Of a stretch of DNA of 64,000 nucleotides, positions 54,913-64,000 are shown one piece after another (within the stretch, counting starts at the first letter, position 1; each line of letters opens with the position of its first letter). Source of the stretch: an uncultured Lachnospiraceae bacterium (GTDB lineage Bacteria > Bacillota > Clostridia > Lachnospirales > Lachnospiraceae); assembly GCA_944384125.1 (NCBI GenBank), contig CALWSF010000008.1, forward strand, positions 13,803 through 77,802. The letters run 5' to 3'. The translations under genes and the position numbers were made by a program. The notes under the pieces were generated by a model that was given only the letters and a program-made list of their open reading frames with translations, searched no databases and was not told where the DNA came from.

Positions 54913-56406
54913 ATGGAAAGCATGGCGATCAACTATAGCAGTACTCGTGGAGGAGAGAAAAATGTGACGGCGTCCCAGGCAATTTTACAGGGACTGGCAA
55001 AGGATGGCGGCCTGTTTATGCCGGACAGAATTCCGGAGCTGGATTGTTCCCTGGAAAAGCTGTCCCATATGACATATCAGGAAGTTGCTTATGAGGTAAT
55101 GAAGCTTTTCCTTACTGATTTTACGGAGGATGAACTCAAAAGCTGTATTTCCCGGGCATATGACAGCAAATTTGATACGGAGGAAATTGCTCCTCTTGTG
55201 AAGGCAGATGGGGCGTATTATCTGGAACTTTTCCATGGCAGCACTATTGCATTTAAAGATATGGCACTCTCTATTCTGCCGCATCTGATGACTGTCTCCG
55301 CGAAAAAAAATAATGTTGACAACACAATTGTGATCCTGACAGCTACATCGGGAGATACGGGAAAAGCAGCGATGGCCGGTTTTGCTGGTGTGGACGGCAC
55401 AAAAATTATTGTATTTTATCCCAAGGACGGAGTAAGCCGTGTACAGGAACTGCAGATGCTTACACAGAAAGGAGAAAATACAAGTGTTGTAGGGATATCC
55501 GGCAATTTTGATGATGCCCAGAGCGGTGTGAAAAAAATTTTCGGAGATACGGCTTTTGAAAAAGAGCTGGCAGCCAGGGGGTATCAGCTTTCTTCAGCAA
55601 ATTCAATTAATATCGGACGCCTTGTTCCGCAGATTGTATATTATGTATATGCATATGTGAAACTTCTGGAGAACGGGGAGATTGCTGACGGAGAGCAGAT
55701 CAATGTTACGGTTCCCACCGGAAACTTCGGAAATATTCTGGCAGCTTATTTTGCTAAACAGATGGGGCTTCCCATAGCGAAACTTATCTGTGCATCCAAC
55801 GATAATAAGGTGCTGTATGATTTCTTCCGGACAGGTGTATATGACCGCAGAAGAGAATTTATACTTACATCTTCCCCGTCCATGGATATTCTGATTTCCA
55901 GCAATCTGGAACGGCTTATTTATCTCTCTGCCGGCTCTGATCCGGAACGGACGAAAAAACTGATGGAAGAGCTGTCGAAGGATGGAAGCTATACGGTATC
56001 TGAGGATATGAGAGAACGCATGACTGATTTTGCAGGTGGGTTTGCGACGCAGGAAGAGAATGCAGAAGAGATCAGACGTCTTTATAAAAATACGGGGTAT
56101 CTGATTGATACACATACGGGTGTGGCATCCTGTGTGTACAGAAAATATGTAAGGGATACCAAAGATCAGACAAAGACGGTAATCGCTTCAACAGCCAGTC
56201 CCTATAAATTTTCCAGAAGTGTGATGGAGGCTGTTTCCGGGAATGTGGAAGGAAAGGGAGAATTTGAGCTGATCGAAGAGCTTGAAAAGGCTTCCGGAGT
56301 TCCTGTTCCTGCTGCTATTGAGGAGATCAGAAATGCTGAAATTCGGCATCATCGCCAGTGCGCTCCCGATGAGATGGAGAAGGTTGTTTCAGATATTTTA
56401 AAATAA
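54913..56406 (+). CDS. thrC: Threonine synthase
   Basis: YSSTRG, LELFHGSTIAFKD, ATSGDTG, SANSINIGRL, VPTGNFGN. Confidence 0.95.
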   Translation: MESMAINYSSTRGGEKNVTASQAILQGLAKDGGLFMPDRIPELDCSLEKLSHMTYQEVAYEVMKLFLTDFTEDELKSCISRAYDSKFDTEEIAPLVKADGAYYLELFHGSTIAFKDMALSILPHLMTVSAKKNNVDNTIVILTATSGDTGKAAMAGFAGVDGTKIIVFYPKDGVSRVQELQMLTQKGENTSVVGISGNFDDAQSGVKKIFGDTAFEKELAARGYQLSSANSINIGRLVPQIVYYVYAYVKLLENGEIADGEQINVTVPTGNFGNILAAYFAKQMGLPIAKLICASNDNKVLYDFFRTGVYDRRREFILTSSPSMDILISSNLERLIYLSAGSDPERTKKLMEELSKDGSYTVSEDMRERMTDFAGGFATQEENAEEIRRLYKNTGYLIDTHTGVASCVYRKYVRDTKDQTKTVIASTASPYKFSRSVMEAVSGNVEGKGEFELIEELEKASGVPVPAAIEEIRNAEIRHHRQCAPDEMEKVVSDILK

Positions 56407-56530
56407 AGCAGACGGGCCTGTGAACGGCCTTTCCAAAACGATAAATTTGGTATATAATAAACCATAAATCATTGCTGGCCGGAAAGAAAACCAGAGCCGG
56501 GCAGCAGAATAAATACAAGGAGGTTCGTAT

Positions 56531-57394
56531 ATGTTAGTAAATGCAAGAGATATGCTTCAGAAAGCCAGGGAAGGAAAATATGCAGTAGGTCAGTTCAATA
56601 TTAACAATCTGGAGTGGACAAAGGCAATTCTTCTTACCGCACAGGAGCAGAACTCTCCTGTTATTCTTGGTGTTTCTGAAGGCGCCGGAAAATATATGAC
56701 AGGTTTTAAGACGGTTGCGTCCATGGTGGCGGCAATGATTGATGAGCTTGGCATCACGGTTCCTGTGGCCCTGCACCTGGATCATGGTACGTATGAGGGC
56801 TGCTATAAATGTATCGAAGCAGGTTTCTCTTCTATTATGTTTGACGGATCTCACTACCCGATTGAGGAAAACGTGGAGAAAACGAAAGAACTTGTAAAAG
56901 TCTGTGCAGAAAAAGGCCTTTCCATTGAAGCTGAGGTAGGTTCTATCGGAGGCGAAGAGGATGGTGTTGTCGGAATGGGAGAGTGTGCGGATCCGGATGA
57001 GTGCAAGGCTATTGCCGATCTGGGTGTAGATATGCTGGCTGCCGGAATCGGTAATATTCATGGAAAGTATCCGGAAAACTGGCCGGGGCTTAGCTTTGAA
57101 ACACTGGAAGCTGTTAAGGAAAAAGTGGGAAACATGCCTCTCGTTCTTCATGGCGGTACAGGTATTCCGGCTGACATGATTAAAAAGGCTATTTCTCTTG
57201 GTGTTGCGAAAATCAATGTAAATACAGAGTGCCAGCTTGCATTTGCGGATGCAACACGTAAATATATTGAGGCGGGAAAGGATCTGCAGGGCAAGGGCTT
57301 TGACCCGCGTAAACTTCTTGCTCCCGGAACGGAGGCTATCAAGGAAACAGTTAAAGAGAAGATGGAGCTTTTTGGCTCTGTTGGAAAGGCCTGA
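56531..57394 (+). CDS. fba: Class II fructose-1,6-bisphosphate aldolase
   Basis: LHLDHG, SIMFDGS, GNIHG, VLHGGTG, KINVNT. Confidence 0.95.
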   Translation: MLVNARDMLQKAREGKYAVGQFNINNLEWTKAILLTAQEQNSPVILGVSEGAGKYMTGFKTVASMVAAMIDELGITVPVALHLDHGTYEGCYKCIEAGFSSIMFDGSHYPIEENVEKTKELVKVCAEKGLSIEAEVGSIGGEEDGVVGMGECADPDECKAIADLGVDMLAAGIGNIHGKYPENWPGLSFETLEAVKEKVGNMPLVLHGGTGIPADMIKKAISLGVAKINVNTECQLAFADATRKYIEAGKDLQGKGFDPRKLLAPGTEAIKETVKEKMELFGSVGKA

Positions 57395-57437
57395 TGTTTT
57401 TTAAGTCAGACAGAATCGTCTTGCAGGGGAGTATAAG

Positions 57438-59555
57438 ATGAGTGATGTGATTAATGTGTCAGAGATCTTTGGCAAAAATGTATTTAATGATGCTGCCATG
57501 CGGGAGCGCCTGCCAAAGAGTGTGTACAAGAAGTTAAAACAGACGATAGAGGATGGAGAGGAGCTAGACCCTTCTATTGCAGATGTCGTGGCCCATGCGA
57601 TGAAGGACTGGGCGATTGAAAGGGGAGCTACGCATTATTCCCACTGGTTCCAGCCACTGACGGGGGTAACTGCCGAAAAGCACGATGCATTTATTTCGGT
57701 GCCGGATTCCAATGGCCGTGTGATTATGGAATTTTCCGGAAAGGAACTTATTAAGGGGGAGCCGGATGCGTCCTCATTCCCATCCGGTGGGCTGCGTTCC
57801 ACTTTTGAGGCCCGCGGATATACGACATGGGACTGTACTTCCCCGGCTTTTCTGCGTGAAGATACACTGGGGGTAACACTGTATATCCCTACCGCGTTCT
57901 GTTCTTATCGCGGGGAAGCTCTGGACAAAAAGACGCCACTTCTTCGTTCCATGCAGGCTATCAATGAGCAGTCTCTGCGGATTCTCCGTCTTTTTGGGAA
58001 TACTACATCTAAACGGGTAATCCCTTATGTGGGGCCGGAGCAGGAGTATTTCCTTATCGACAAGGAGAAATATCTGCAGAGAAAGGACCTTATTTATGCA
58101 GGAAGAACCCTGTTTGGCGCCATGCCGCCCAAAGGGCAGGAGATGGACGATCATTATTTCGGAAGTATCCGTCCGCGTATCGGCGCTTTTATGAAAGAAC
58201 TGAATGAAACTTTGTGGCGTCTTGGTGTGAGTGCAAAGACGCAGCATAATGAGGTGGCACCGGCCCAGCATGAGCTGGCGCCTACATATGGCCAGGTCAA
58301 TGTGGCAGTGGATCATAACCAGATGGTTATGGAGACGATGAAACGGGTGGCCGGACACCACGGCCTGACGTGCCTTCTTCATGAGAAACCCTTTGCCGGA
58401 ATCAACGGATCCGGTAAGCATAACAACTGGTCTCTGACCAGTGATGATGGGATTAATCTGATGAATCCCGGAGAGACACCTCATGAGAATATTCAGTTCC
58501 TTCTTGTTCTTGCCTGTATTATGAAGGCGGTAGACACCCATGCAGATTTGCTGAGAGAGTCAACCGCTATTCCGGGAAATGATCAGAGGCTGGGAGCAGC
58601 AGAGGCTCCGCCTGCCATCATTTCCATTTTCCTGGGGGAGCAGCTGGAGGATGTTATTGACCAGCTTTGCAGCACGGGAGAGGCGGCACATTCCAAGCAG
58701 GGAGGCGTCCTGAAGACAGGAGTGGCGACGCTGGCAGACTTTACCAAAGATGCCACAGACAGAAACCGTACTTCTCCGTTTGCGTTTACCGGCAATAAAT
58801 TTGAATTCCGTATGGTAGGTTCTTCGGATTCCGTATCATCTCCCAATGTGGTACTCAATACTATTGTCGCGGAGGCTTTCAAAGAAGCAGCGGATGAGCT
58901 TGAACAGAGTGATGATTTTGACAGTGCTGTTCATGATCTGATAAAGAGGCTTTTTGTAAAACACCGTCGGATTATTTTCAGCGGCAACGGATATTCTGAG
59001 GAATGGGTTAAGGAAGCGGAACGCAGAGGGCTTCCCAATCTGAAGGCAGGAATTGATTCTGTGGAGGCGCTTCGCACGGAAAAGGCGGTGCGTCTGTTTG
59101 AGGGATTTGGCGTTTACACCAGAGCAGAACTTGAATCCCGTGCTGAGATTGAGTATGAAGCGTATGCCAAGACTGTTAACATCGAAGCCCGCACTATGAT
59201 AGATATTGCCGGAAAGCAGATAATCCCGGCAGTTGTGAAATATACGACACAGCTGGCCTCTTCTCTGACTGCTGTTCGGCAGGCATGTCAGGAAGCTGAC
59301 GTGAGTACGCAGAAAGAGATACTGACAGAGACTTCTTCTCTGCTGGCTCAGATGAAACAGGCTCTGACAAACCTGCAGGAAATAACAACCCGCGCTGCCG
59401 CAATAGCAGATAATAAAGAAAGGGCTTTTTCATATCTCAGAGAGGTGGTTCCTGCCATGCAGGAGCTTCGCGCGCCGGCAGATAAGCTTGAAATGCTGGT
59501 AGATAAAGAACTGTGGCCGTTCCCGAGCTATGGAGATCTGATTTTTGAAGTCTGA
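57438..59555 (+). CDS. glnA: Glutamine synthetase type III
   Basis: [57 protein letters not shown]. Confidence 0.95.
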   Translation: MSDVINVSEIFGKNVFNDAAMRERLPKSVYKKLKQTIEDGEELDPSIADVVAHAMKDWAIERGATHYSHWFQPLTGVTAEKHDAFISVPDSNGRVIMEFSGKELIKGEPDASSFPSGGLRSTFEARGYTTWDCTSPAFLREDTLGVTLYIPTAFCSYRGEALDKKTPLLRSMQAINEQSLRILRLFGNTTSKRVIPYVGPEQEYFLIDKEKYLQRKDLIYAGRTLFGAMPPKGQEMDDHYFGSIRPRIGAFMKELNETLWRLGVSAKTQHNEVAPAQHELAPTYGQVNVAVDHNQMVMETMKRVAGHHGLTCLLHEKPFAGINGSGKHNNWSLTSDDGINLMNPGETPHENIQFLLVLACIMKAVDTHADLLRESTAIPGNDQRLGAAEAPPAIISIFLGEQLEDVIDQLCSTGEAAHSKQGGVLKTGVATLADFTKDATDRNRTSPFAFTGNKFEFRMVGSSDSVSSPNVVLNTIVAEAFKEAADELEQSDDFDSAVHDLIKRLFVKHRRIIFSGNGYSEEWVKEAERRGLPNLKAGIDSVEALRTEKAVRLFEGFGVYTRAELESRAEIEYEAYAKTVNIEARTMIDIAGKQIIPAVVKYTTQLASSLTAVRQACQEADVSTQKEILTETSSLLAQMKQALTNLQEITTRAAAIADNKERAFSYLREVVPAMQELRAPADKLEMLVDKELWPFPSYGDLIFEV

Positions 59556-59698
59556 TGTCTGTGCAGAGAAGGAAAAGTATCTGAAAAAGATAATTCTGAG
59601 GATATATAAATAACCGGGACCTGACAGGAGATTACAGGTTTGAATTAATCTTCTGTCGGGTCTTTTTGGGCTTATTAAAATTAATTTAGAGGGAGAAG

Positions 59699-60694
59699 AT
59701 GATGATAAAAAAGAAAGTATTAGGTGGAATATTTGCAGTTGCCATGCTTGCGGCTGTAGTTGGATGCGGAAGCGGGCAGACGGAGGAATCTTTGTATGCT
59801 TCAGAAGAAGCGTGGGCATACCTGGAGACGGACGAAAGTGCGCCGGCCGATGTGTTTTTCATTTGTCCCACAGTGTATGGAGGGGAAGAAGACGTATTTA
59901 ATATGCCTATGGATGATGAGGAGAGCAGGGAAAGCTTTGTAGGGGCAATTAATATGGAAAAGGGAATCTATGATCAAAATTGCCGCTTCTTTTCCCCTTA
60001 CTATAGTCAGGCGGGGCTGAATGTTTATGAAATGCCGGAAGAGGAACGGGAACCATATCTTTCAGAAGCATATGAAGATGTAAAAGAAGCCTTTATTTAT
60101 TATATGGATAATTACAATGATGGACAGCCTGTTATTCTGGCGGGTTTTTCTCAGGGTGCAGATATGAGTATTCGTCTTTTGAAAGACTGTTTTGCGGATG
60201 AGGAAATAAATGATCTGCTGGTGGCATGTTATGCTATAGGCTGGAGAATTACAGAAGAAGAGCTGGAGGAATATCCTCATTTGAAATTTGCAGCCGGAGA
60301 GGATGATACAGGTGTGATTATTTCCTTTAACAGTGAAGCGGAGAATGTCAGCAGTTCTCTGATAATTCCCAGCGGAACAAAAACAATGGCAATCAATCCG
60401 CTCAACTGGAAAACTGACGGAACGCCTGCGGATAAAACAGAAAATCTGGGTGCCTGTTTTACTGACTACAGCGGAAATATCAAAACAGAGATTCCAAATC
60501 TGACTGGTGCCTATATTGATGTAACTCGCGGTGCCCTGAAGGTACCTGATGTATCACCAGCTGATTATCCTCCGGTGCTTTCTGTTTTTTCGGAAGGAGA
60601 GTACCATCTTTATGACTATCAGTTTTTTTACCGGAATTTACAGAAAAACACAGAGGTTCGTCTGAATGCTTATCTGGACGAACATAAAAAATAA
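59699..60694 (+). CDS. DUF3089 alpha/beta-hydrolase lipoprotein
   Basis: Lipobox VVGC; ADVFFICPT, GFSQG, YHLYDYQFFY. Confidence 0.85.
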   Translation: MMIKKKVLGGIFAVAMLAAVVGCGSGQTEESLYASEEAWAYLETDESAPADVFFICPTVYGGEEDVFNMPMDDEESRESFVGAINMEKGIYDQNCRFFSPYYSQAGLNVYEMPEEEREPYLSEAYEDVKEAFIYYMDNYNDGQPVILAGFSQGADMSIRLLKDCFADEEINDLLVACYAIGWRITEEELEEYPHLKFAAGEDDTGVIISFNSEAENVSSSLIIPSGTKTMAINPLNWKTDGTPADKTENLGACFTDYSGNIKTEIPNLTGAYIDVTRGALKVPDVSPADYPPVLSVFSEGEYHLYDYQFFYRNLQKNTEVRLNAYLDEHKK

Positions 60695-60722
60695 GCCGTG
60701 GCATTGCCACGACTTATTTTTT
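60688..60722. terminator. Bidirectional terminator
   Basis: AAAATAAG.CGTGGC/GCCACG.CTTATTTT. Confidence 0.7.
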
Positions 60723-62770
60723 TAACGTCCGGGCCCATTTGTCAGTCCGGGCTGAATTGTATTTCTGTCATTATTGGAAGTACTTCCCGGTGCGGAGGAA
60801 GAAGACGATCCGGGGGCCATGCTGTTTCCGGAAGTCTGACCATAGGAAGTACCGGTGCTGTACCCGCTGCCCGGAGCAGGTATTGAACCGGTATTTCCGG
60901 ATGTTGTGCTGCCGGTTCCGCCAGTCGGATCTACAACCGTAACACTGCCTCCCGTTGGCGCACTTCCGGTCTGGGATGTTGCTCCTGCTCCGGAAGCTGA
61001 ACCGGATGATGATCCGGAGGTAACATTGCCAGAAGAAGATGCCGATGAACCGGTCGTGTTCATAACCGCTTCAGGATCAAAATAGCTGTCAGTAATTCCG
61101 CTCATGCCGCTGGTCTCATTCTGGCAGACTCCATTCTTATCAAATGTGTAATTAACATTATTAATTATCCGGGAAACATTTGCTGTCATTTTTCCTGTTT
61201 CCGGGTCAAGATAATAATATTTTCCGGACAGATTAAGCCAGCCTTTCTGCATATGTCCGTACTGATCAAAATAGTACCAGTTTCCGTCAATCTGCTTCCA
61301 GCTGATGGACATGTCTCCGGATTCCCTGTCCATGAAATATGTCTGTCCGTTGCTGTCATTAAGCCATCCGGTCAGCATCTTCCCCTCATGCAGATAGTAA
61401 TATTTTTTATCAATAAGCTGCCACCCGGTCAGCATCTGTCCATTGCTGTTCAGATAGTACCAGGCGCCGTCCAGATACTGCCATCCTGTCCGCATTGCAC
61501 CGTCTGAGCCAAAATAGTACCAGATATTATCTATCTGCAGCCAGTTCTGTGCCATTGCTCCATTATTATTGAGGTAGTAACGGGAACCATCCACATCAAT
61601 CCAGCCTCTGAGCATTTCTCCTGTTGGATTAAAATAGTACCAGGTATTATCAACCTTGTACCATCCGGTAGCCATGCTGCCGTTGCTTTTCAGATAATAG
61701 TAAGTATTGTCTCCGACTTTCAGCCACTGTGTTACCATTGCTCCGTCTGTGTTCAGATAGTAGGTTTCGCCGCCTGTCTGTACCCATCCCGTAGCCATTT
61801 CTCCCGTCTCGTTAAAGTAATACCATTTGGAATTAGAGGAATCCTGCATCCATCCGGTAACCATTTTTCCGGTTGAATTATTCAGATAATAATATTTATC
61901 CCCTATATGAACCCATCCTTTGTACTGAGTTCCATCGTCTTTCATGTAATACCAGCCATTACCGTCGTTGACCCATCCGGTCTGTTTCTGATAATTGGCA
62001 TAATAGTACCAGTTTCCCCCGATTTGGCGCCACTGGTTTTTCGGGATAAGAGAGCTGAAATCTTTGTAGGAGAAATTAATATCCACATCGCCGGAGACGC
62101 CTGAAACTTTACCCTGATTTGTAGCCTGCCACATAGACACATTGGAGTAGGATGGCTTGGCCTCGTATCTGGCTGCCCATACATCGTATTTTACTTTTGT
62201 CATGTCAATCTTGTCAGTAAGCCAGTAATCATTGGCATAAAGCATAGGATAGTAGCCGGCGTCCTTTATCTGGCCACAGAAAGCATTGATAATATCAGCC
62301 AGGAGAGAGGGCGATAGCGTACTCATGGCGGGAGCTTCCACATCAAACACCACAGGGTAGGAAACGGGATAATCTTTAATCAGATTCAGAACAAAAGCGG
62401 CCTCTTCCTTTGCCATTTCCACGGTAGTTGCGTAAGAATACAGATATACTCCAACCTTTAGTCCGGCGGCCGATGCTCCTTTTACATTCGTATCAAAATA
62501 TGGATCCACACCGTTGTCATAACGGGCCCCTACCATTACAAACTGAATATCATCTGCGGCCACCGCATTCCAGTCGACAGACTGTTTCCAGTGGGATACA
62601 TCAATTCCTCTGGCAACAACACCGGCAATAGTGCTTCCATCGCTTCCTACATAGACACCATTTGATTTGGTCCATGAAACGGAAGCCAGACCGGGTATGG
62701 CTGCCCCTATACTCAGTATTGTTATGAAACAGGCCATTCCTGCAATCCGGAAGGTTTTTCTGAAACTCAT
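60722..62770 (-). CDS. Secreted GH25 muramidase with choline-binding repeats and S/G/T-rich tail
   Basis: GIDVSHW, GVYLYSY, VVFDVE, VDIN; many WYYFN..G.M.TGW repeats. Confidence 0.9.
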   Translation of the reverse strand: MSFRKTFRIAGMACFITILSIGAAIPGLASVSWTKSNGVYVGSDGSTIAGVVARGIDVSHWKQSVDWNAVAADDIQFVMVGARYDNGVDPYFDTNVKGASAAGLKVGVYLYSYATTVEMAKEEAAFVLNLIKDYPVSYPVVFDVEAPAMSTLSPSLLADIINAFCGQIKDAGYYPMLYANDYWLTDKIDMTKVKYDVWAARYEAKPSYSNVSMWQATNQGKVSGVSGDVDINFSYKDFSSLIPKNQWRQIGGNWYYYANYQKQTGWVNDGNGWYYMKDDGTQYKGWVHIGDKYYYLNNSTGKMVTGWMQDSSNSKWYYFNETGEMATGWVQTGGETYYLNTDGAMVTQWLKVGDNTYYYLKSNGSMATGWYKVDNTWYYFNPTGEMLRGWIDVDGSRYYLNNNGAMAQNWLQIDNIWYYFGSDGAMRTGWQYLDGAWYYLNSNGQMLTGWQLIDKKYYYLHEGKMLTGWLNDSNGQTYFMDRESGDMSISWKQIDGNWYYFDQYGHMQKGWLNLSGKYYYLDPETGKMTANVSRIINNVNYTFDKNGVCQNETSGMSGITDSYFDPEAVMNTTGSSASSSGNVTSGSSSGSASGAGATSQTGSAPTGGSVTVVDPTGGTGSTTSGNTGSIPAPGSGYSTGTSYGQTSGNSMAPGSSSSSAPGSTSNNDRNTIQPGLTNGPGR

Positions 62771-62915
62771 GCTTTTCCCCCTCTTTTGTAACGTGTTCAG
62801 CAATATATAATATGACATTAAATATTGTAGCACATTTTATGGTATTTTTTTCTAAAGGTTTTATTACAATTGTGCCTCTGGCCGGTATGAATAATTGTGC
62901 TGGCAAAATGCGGGC

Positions 62916-64000
62916 TTATTTCAGAGACAGAAGCTGAAGACGCCGGATTTTTTTATAATACTGTTTGGCATAATGATACATGACGATTGTGTAGTCTCCG
63001 AATTCAATCCCGTTGGAACTTTTATAAATGGCCCATAACGCCCACAGAAAGCCGCCAAGGGCTGCATAAGAATAAAGTACAAAGCGTTCCTCTTCTGAGG
63101 GGTTGCGATCCAGATAAATGGTAATCAGCCGATCAAATTCTTCTTCTGTGTAATACGAATAAATACTGCACATAGAAACATCAATGAGGGGATCATGCAT
63201 TCCTGCATATTCCCAGTCAATCAGGCGAACAGAGCCGTCCGGCAGAAAGAGAAAATTGTCAGCGACAGAGTCTATATGAGAAAAACATACAGAACGATTC
63301 AGCTTTTTAAGCCGCGTCAGGAGCTGATCCATCCATTCCCGAACCTGCGCATAATCCTCAAACAAAATGGATTGTCGGTGGTTGCACAGTTTTTCATAAA
63401 AATCAATTCGGCTTTTCAGGTCAAAGGAGTGCCCCACCTTGATGCCTGATTGGTGCAGCCGGCGCAGTACAGACATGCAGGCTGTCATATCATTCCAGCT
63501 TCTCGGATCTGCATTTCGGGCGCCTTCATAATACCGGGCAATTTTGTAGCCGGTGGCGCCGTCAAAATAGATGATGTGCTCAGTAATGTCAAGCGGTGCC
63601 ACAGCCTGGTAAACTGCTTCTTCCTCCTGTCGGTTGATCAGAAGCTTCGTTCCCGGACCGGGTATACGGCATATATATGAATTTCCCTTAAGTTCAAAGA
63701 GGAAAGATTGATTAGTCATTCCCGATTTCAGGCAGCGTATATTGCGGATTTCTGATTCATTTGTATGGAAGACAGAGGAAATAATCTGGAGCGCCTGATT
63801 ATCAGAATGATTCTGATATCTGGGGTCAAAATGACGGAGCTCTTCCAGATTCTCAAATTCATAAACCTGATTTTCAGGCTGAAAGTTCATATATATTTCC
63901 AGCTTGTCAATATGATTCATAATAACATGTTCCCAGTAATGCTGTTCCGTCCCGGGACGGAAATAGTCTTTTTCAAGGAACGGTATGAATGTATCAGAAA
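62916..64000 (-). CDS. Choline/ethanolamine kinase-type phosphotransferase, N-terminus beyond window
   Basis: GMTNQSF, RIPGPGT, HIDSVADN, IDWEYAG; frame stays open to the window edge. Confidence 0.85.
   Translation of the reverse strand, partial: SDTFIPFLEKDYFRPGTEQHYWEHVIMNHIDKLEIYMNFQPENQVYEFENLEELRHFDPRYQNHSDNQALQIISSVFHTNESEIRNIRCLKSGMTNQSFLFELKGNSYICRIPGPGTKLLINRQEEEAVYQAVAPLDITEHIIYFDGATGYKIARYYEGARNADPRSWNDMTACMSVLRRLHQSGIKVGHSFDLKSRIDFYEKLCNHRQSILFEDYAQVREWMDQLLTRLKKLNRSVCFSHIDSVADNFLFLPDGSVRLIDWEYAGMHDPLIDVSMCSIYSYYTEEEFDRLITIYLDRNPSEEERFVLYSYAALGGFLWALWAIYKSSNGIEFGDYTIVMYHYAKQYYKKIRRLQLLSLK

Noticed and set aside
41120-55160. Scattered TTCCCGGG(A) Noc-site-like cores (about 41123 and 55148; also 11191)
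   Set aside because: Each has mismatches to TATTTCCCGGGAAATA; not distinguishable from background without a genome-wide model.
1321-63680. Many short opposite-strand or alternate-frame ORFs in the track
   Set aside because: Shadows of well-supported genes, without RBS or motifs.

Overview
Positions 1 to ~41.5 kb hold most of a temperate contractile-tailed prophage in a Lachnospiraceae/Clostridiales-type host (inferred from gene content). The integrase and attL lie left of the window. Order: accessory/immunity genes (DUF3800, secreted MBL hydrolase, cell-wall-binding protein, lipoprotein, ImmA, CI/Cro), early and replication genes, ArpU-type late activator, lambda-type terminase/portal/head, P2-like tail and baseplate, lysis module, probable attR. 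Positions ~41.6-64 kb are host genes: OmpR/HK pair, ABC module, nfo, feoAB, sfsA, thrC, fba, GSIII, DUF3089, GH25 hydrolase and a choline-kinase fusion. Strongest finding: host feoB is split in frame by a 2,766-bp two-gene element (short serine recombinase plus Sel1-repeat gene). The element has symmetric att-like ends around a TG core, and precise excision would rebuild a 622-aa FeoB, like a skin-type gene-intervening element. Second: an ordered non-coding array of paired TTCC-NNN-GGCG motifs at 11.2-11.5 kb, upstream of the phage replication initiator. Also found, mostly missed by the ORF track: a complete par/Fst-like type I toxin-antitoxin locus, two promoter-driven small RNAs next to DUF3800, a -1 frameshift tail chaperone, HicAB inside the head module, and a 16-bp near-palindrome embedded in two unrelated phage genes. 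All assignments come from motif recognition by eye; no database searches or folding programs were run.
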